Shown here: positions 21,041 to 23,257 of the stretch, in pieces
How positions within the stretch are numbered: position 1 is the first letter of the stretch
Layout of the letters: each line of letters starts with the position of its first letter
Assembly: GCA_964359165.1 (NCBI GenBank)
Contig: CAYHRV010000008.1
Span: forward strand, 1-23,257
DNA length: 23,257 nt
Reading direction: 5' to 3'
Origin: an uncultured Elusimicrobia bacterium
Lineage (GTDB): Bacteria > Elusimicrobiota > Elusimicrobia > UBA1565
Notes under the pieces: generated by a model
What the model was told of the DNA's origin: nothing
Databases searched by the model: none
Seen by the model: only the letters and a program-made list of their open reading frames with translations
Translations under genes and position numbers: made by a program

Positions 21041-22562
21041 GCCCATGAAGGCCCTGGCTTCCCTTGCGCTCTTCTTCCTGCTCGGCCTGCTCCCGGGGAG
21101 GGCGAAGGCCCAGTCGGGCATCCCGCTCGACGACAAGGCCAAGTTCGAGCGGTCGCTCGAGGAAAAGGCGGAGTCGGTGCTCCTGCGCATCCTGGGCCCC
21201 AACCGCTCCCGCGTGGTCGTGGACGCGACCATCGATTTCACGCGCATCGAGAAGTTCGAGGTCAAGGCCGGCGCGGCCATCGGCGGTGAGGAGAGGAACG
21301 CCCTCTTCCTCTGGCAGAACATCGGGGCCCAGAGCGGAGGCCAGGAGCTCTTGCCCGGCATCCCCTCGCCGGAAGCGGCCCCGGGTTTCGGCGCGAAGTC
21401 CTATGAGAGGCAGAACTCCTTCCCTAGCTCCTTCGTCAAGCGGCTCAAGGTCACCGTGGTCCTGGACCGCACCGTGAGCGCGGAGATGGACGACGTCCTG
21501 ACCCGGGCCGTCGGGGAGATACTCAATCTCCAGGCGGACCGCGATGAGATGTCGATCACCCGGGCGCCCTTCGCCCCTCCTTGGAAGACGATATGGCACA
21601 CGCAGGAGTCGGTGAGCCTCCTATTTAAGTACGCCGTGGTGAGCCTCATGACGCTGATCACCCTGGTGGTGGTGGCCGCCTGCTTCCTCAAGCTGGCCAG
21701 CGCCATGGATTCCGTGGCCCAAGCCCAAGCCCATCAGCTTCAGATGGACTTCGGCCAGGGGAAGGAAGGGGAGGGAGGGGCCGGCGCGGATGGGAAGAAG
21801 AAGGAAGGCGAGGAGGAGGAAGAGGAGGAGGAAGGGCCGCAGAAGATCGTCTTCAACGTGCGGCCGGAACAGGTGGAGACGCTCGCCGAGCTCCTGCGCG
21901 GCCAGGACCCGGAGAACGTAGCTCTAGTGGCCGCGCACCTGAGCCAGGACGTCAAGAAGCTCTTCTTCGCCCAACTCTCCCCCTCCGCCTATAGCCAGGT
22001 GCTCCTGCACCTGAGCCGCATCCGCTTCGTGGAGGCCGAGGTCGTCTCCGCGGTCAAAGACGAGCTCGAGCGGCGCATGGACAGCGCCGTGGGCGGACGC
22101 TCGAACCTGCTGGAGCTCATCGACACCTCCGACCTGCGCGGCAAGCGGGAGCTCCTGGGCATGCTGGAAGCCACCGACCCCGACCTCTACGCCGTGGCGC
22201 GGGAGCGGATACTGCTCTTCGAGGACCTCTCCGATTTGGAGGAAAAGGATTGGTCGCTCGTGCTCTCCGTCGTGACCCTGGAGGAATGGGCCTTCGCGCT
22301 CTATGAGGCTCCCGAACTCCTGGTCGAGGCCCTAAGGGGGCAGATGCTGCCCAAGACCTGGGCGATATTGGCGCAGATGATGCAGGTGGGCAGGCCCTCC
22401 GAAGCCGCGGTGAAGAAGACGCATGAGCGCATCGTCAAGGCGGTCGCCAAGCTCATCGCCGACGGCCGCATCACCAATCCGGTGACACGGCGCATCGAGC
22501 TCAAGACACTGCAGAAAGAGGAGGCCCTCCCCGCTCAAGAGGAGGGGGTGCTCAATGGCTGA
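20094..22562 (+). CDS. Histidine kinase fused to FliF-C-like (RBM3 + TM) and FliG-like domains
   Basis: One uninterrupted 822-codon frame. HK: N-terminal TM, H-box MAVHDMRTPLATMKGF, N-box ALKNMLNNAVKF, G1 DTGPGI, G2 GWGLGLA. FliF-like: FERSLEEKAESVLLRILGPNRSRVVVDATIDFTRIEKFEVKAG...FVKRLKVTVVLDRT, TM FKYAVVSLMTLITLVVVAACFLKL. FliG-like: SNLLELIDTSDLRGKRELLGMLEATDPDLYAVARERILLFEDLSDLEEKDW...VKKTHERIVKAVAKLIADGRI. Confidence 0.82.
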   Translation: MDIVIVVVVPLLFLMLAASMLVVSQLSGFYHFNKYSKRQQENKREIATFMNRLAAAQNTVFQRSRQLEDLSSRLQMNNQELARLNSMKTKFLSMAVHDMRTPLATMKGFGEMLSRQVYEDKQKKYVDYIVRGSDKINDLLADLTDLSIIEAGKLRMSKSPFELSAMLDSDITPRIGFAAQEKGIVFTTTGLPQSVTVHGDRANLAKALKNMLNNAVKFTPAGGKVDLKVTLTGRGLLFQIKDTGPGIHLSERKRVFEKFYQSQFGDPKAKKQGWGLGLAIAQEIVKAHQGEAGVDSPGLGKGSTFWCRIPLKPSRAPMKALASLALFFLLGLLPGRAKAQSGIPLDDKAKFERSLEEKAESVLLRILGPNRSRVVVDATIDFTRIEKFEVKAGAAIGGEERNALFLWQNIGAQSGGQELLPGIPSPEAAPGFGAKSYERQNSFPSSFVKRLKVTVVLDRTVSAEMDDVLTRAVGEILNLQADRDEMSITRAPFAPPWKTIWHTQESVSLLFKYAVVSLMTLITLVVVAACFLKLASAMDSVAQAQAHQLQMDFGQGKEGEGGAGADGKKKEGEEEEEEEEGPQKIVFNVRPEQVETLAELLRGQDPENVALVAAHLSQDVKKLFFAQLSPSAYSQVLLHLSRIRFVEAEVVSAVKDELERRMDSAVGGRSNLLELIDTSDLRGKRELLGMLEATDPDLYAVARERILLFEDLSDLEEKDWSLVLSVVTLEEWAFALYEAPELLVEALRGQMLPKTWAILAQMMQVGRPSEAAVKKTHERIVKAVAKLIADGRITNPVTRRIELKTLQKEEALPAQEEGVLNG
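21045..21760 (+). other. Internal signal-peptide/TM, FliF C-terminal (RBM3-like) region and second TM
   Basis: MKALASLALFFLLGLLPGRAKAQSG looks like a signal peptide; the following residues match the conserved shape of the FliF C-terminal domain; the TM ends at LKLASAMD. Confidence 0.72.
21845..22505 (+). other. FliG-like domain (middle + C-terminal)
   Basis: VRPEQVETLAELLRGQDPENVALVAAHLSQDVKKLFFAQLSP...LLELIDTSDLRGKRELLGMLEATDPDLYAVARERILLFEDLSDL...RIVKAVAKLIADGRI; compare canonical FliG EHPQ..A.IL.HL, A.ILN..DR..E..IL..LE..DP.LA..I...MFVFEDL. Confidence 0.75.
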
Positions 22563-23257
22563 AAAGGTCGATTTCCTGCTCGCCTCCCTGCGCGGCCAGC
22601 CTCCTCCCGAGGCGCCGCCAGAGGAAGGTGATTTCACGTCGGCCGCCGCCCCTTCCGAGGACGCGCTCGCCCCCATGCGGGCCAAGATCGAGGAACTCGA
22701 GCGCAAGCTGGCCGAGGCGGCCTCTCCCCCGGCCCCGGCGGAAGGGGAGGAGGCGGCGCCCCAGCCGCCCCAGGCGCCGACCGAGTTGGCTCTCTTCCTC
22801 CATACCCGCGTGGAGCTATTGGAGAAGAGGCTGGAGCTGGCCCAGCAGGAGGCTCTGCGCGCCAATCTGATACTCCGGGAGAGGGAGGACGCCCAGCGCA
22901 AGGCCCAGACCGAGGTGGAGGACCTCTTCCGCGGCATCCGGGAACAGGAACGCGCGGCCCGCTTCGACCGGAGGCTAAGGGAGGATCACTCGACGGTGCG
23001 GGGCAAGGTGGAGGAACTGGAGGCGCGCCTGGCCATGGCCCAACTGCGCATGATCCCGGCCTCGGAGGTGCTCGCCTTCCTGGAGAAGGAAGAGGGGCTT
23101 GAACGGCTTAAGGAAAGGCTCAAAGAACAGCTATCAAGAATCGAGAACGCGGCGCCTTTGGAGGCGCCAGTTCCAGAGGCAGAGGAGCGGCCCGGGCACG
23201 CCCGGCCCCCCCCCGGGCGCCCCGGTACCGGCCCCCCCCCGCCCATAGCGCCCCAGG
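22555..23257 (+). CDS. Coiled-coil, proline-rich protein, 3'-truncated by the window
   Basis: ATG 22555 with strong SD-like AAGAGGAGGGGG just upstream, overlapping the previous stop by 8 nt. No in-frame stop to 23257: MAEKVDFLLASLRGQPPPEAPPEEG...RAKIEELERKLAEAA...LFLHTRVELLEKRLELAQQEALRANLILREREDAQRK...EVLAFLEKEEGLERLKERLKEQLSRIE. Not in the supplied ORF track. Confidence 0.8.
   Translation, partial: MAEKVDFLLASLRGQPPPEAPPEEGDFTSAAAPSEDALAPMRAKIEELERKLAEAASPPAPAEGEEAAPQPPQAPTELALFLHTRVELLEKRLELAQQEALRANLILREREDAQRKAQTEVEDLFRGIREQERAARFDRRLREDHSTVRGKVEELEARLAMAQLRMIPASEVLAFLEKEEGLERLKERLKEQLSRIENAAPLEAPVPEAEERPGHARPPPGRPGTGPPPPIAPQ

Noticed and set aside
18513-21599. 1028-aa minus-strand ORF
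   Set aside because: Antisense to the PorV-like and kinase genes and spans two real genes; composition is that of a shadow ORF. Stop-codon scarcity at high GC explains its length.
1-23257. Transposase, integrase, phage or defence genes
   Set aside because: No catalytic motifs or target-site-duplication/inverted-repeat pairs bounding any segment were found in any plausible coding frame.

Overview
This is a GC-rich bacterial window, essentially all coding on the + strand. It holds four co-directional genes. (1) The 3' part (>=6,140 codons, 5' end outside the window) of a giant modular surface/secreted protein. It contains three complete 7-repeat FG-GAP/VCBS propellers, four LamG-like domains, a second 7-repeat propeller of Kelch-like type, about ten copies of a ~155-165 aa beta-rich repeat I cannot assign to a family, fibronectin-III-like modules and a C-terminal FlgD-Ig/T9SS-type-A-like domain. 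(2) A PorV/PorQ-like outer-membrane barrel fused to a C-terminal TPR-like region. (3) One 822-codon ORF joining a membrane-anchored histidine kinase to a truncated FliF-like periplasmic/TM segment and a FliG-like domain. (4) The start of a coiled-coil, proline-rich ORF that is open at the window end and absent from the supplied ORF track. A perfect 42-bp palindrome, AT-rich relative to its surroundings, sits in the only real intergenic gap (genes 1-2). The strongest leads are the kinase-FliF-FliG fusion next to a PorV-like protein, the pairing of the giant cargo-like protein with PorV-TPR, and the unassigned repeat domain. The fusion may hide an ATGA gene overlap that a 1-nt indel would restore. 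Domain assignments come from reading motifs by eye; no database search was run. The lineage is not determined, though the gene style resembles Elusimicrobiota/FCB-type genomes (inference).
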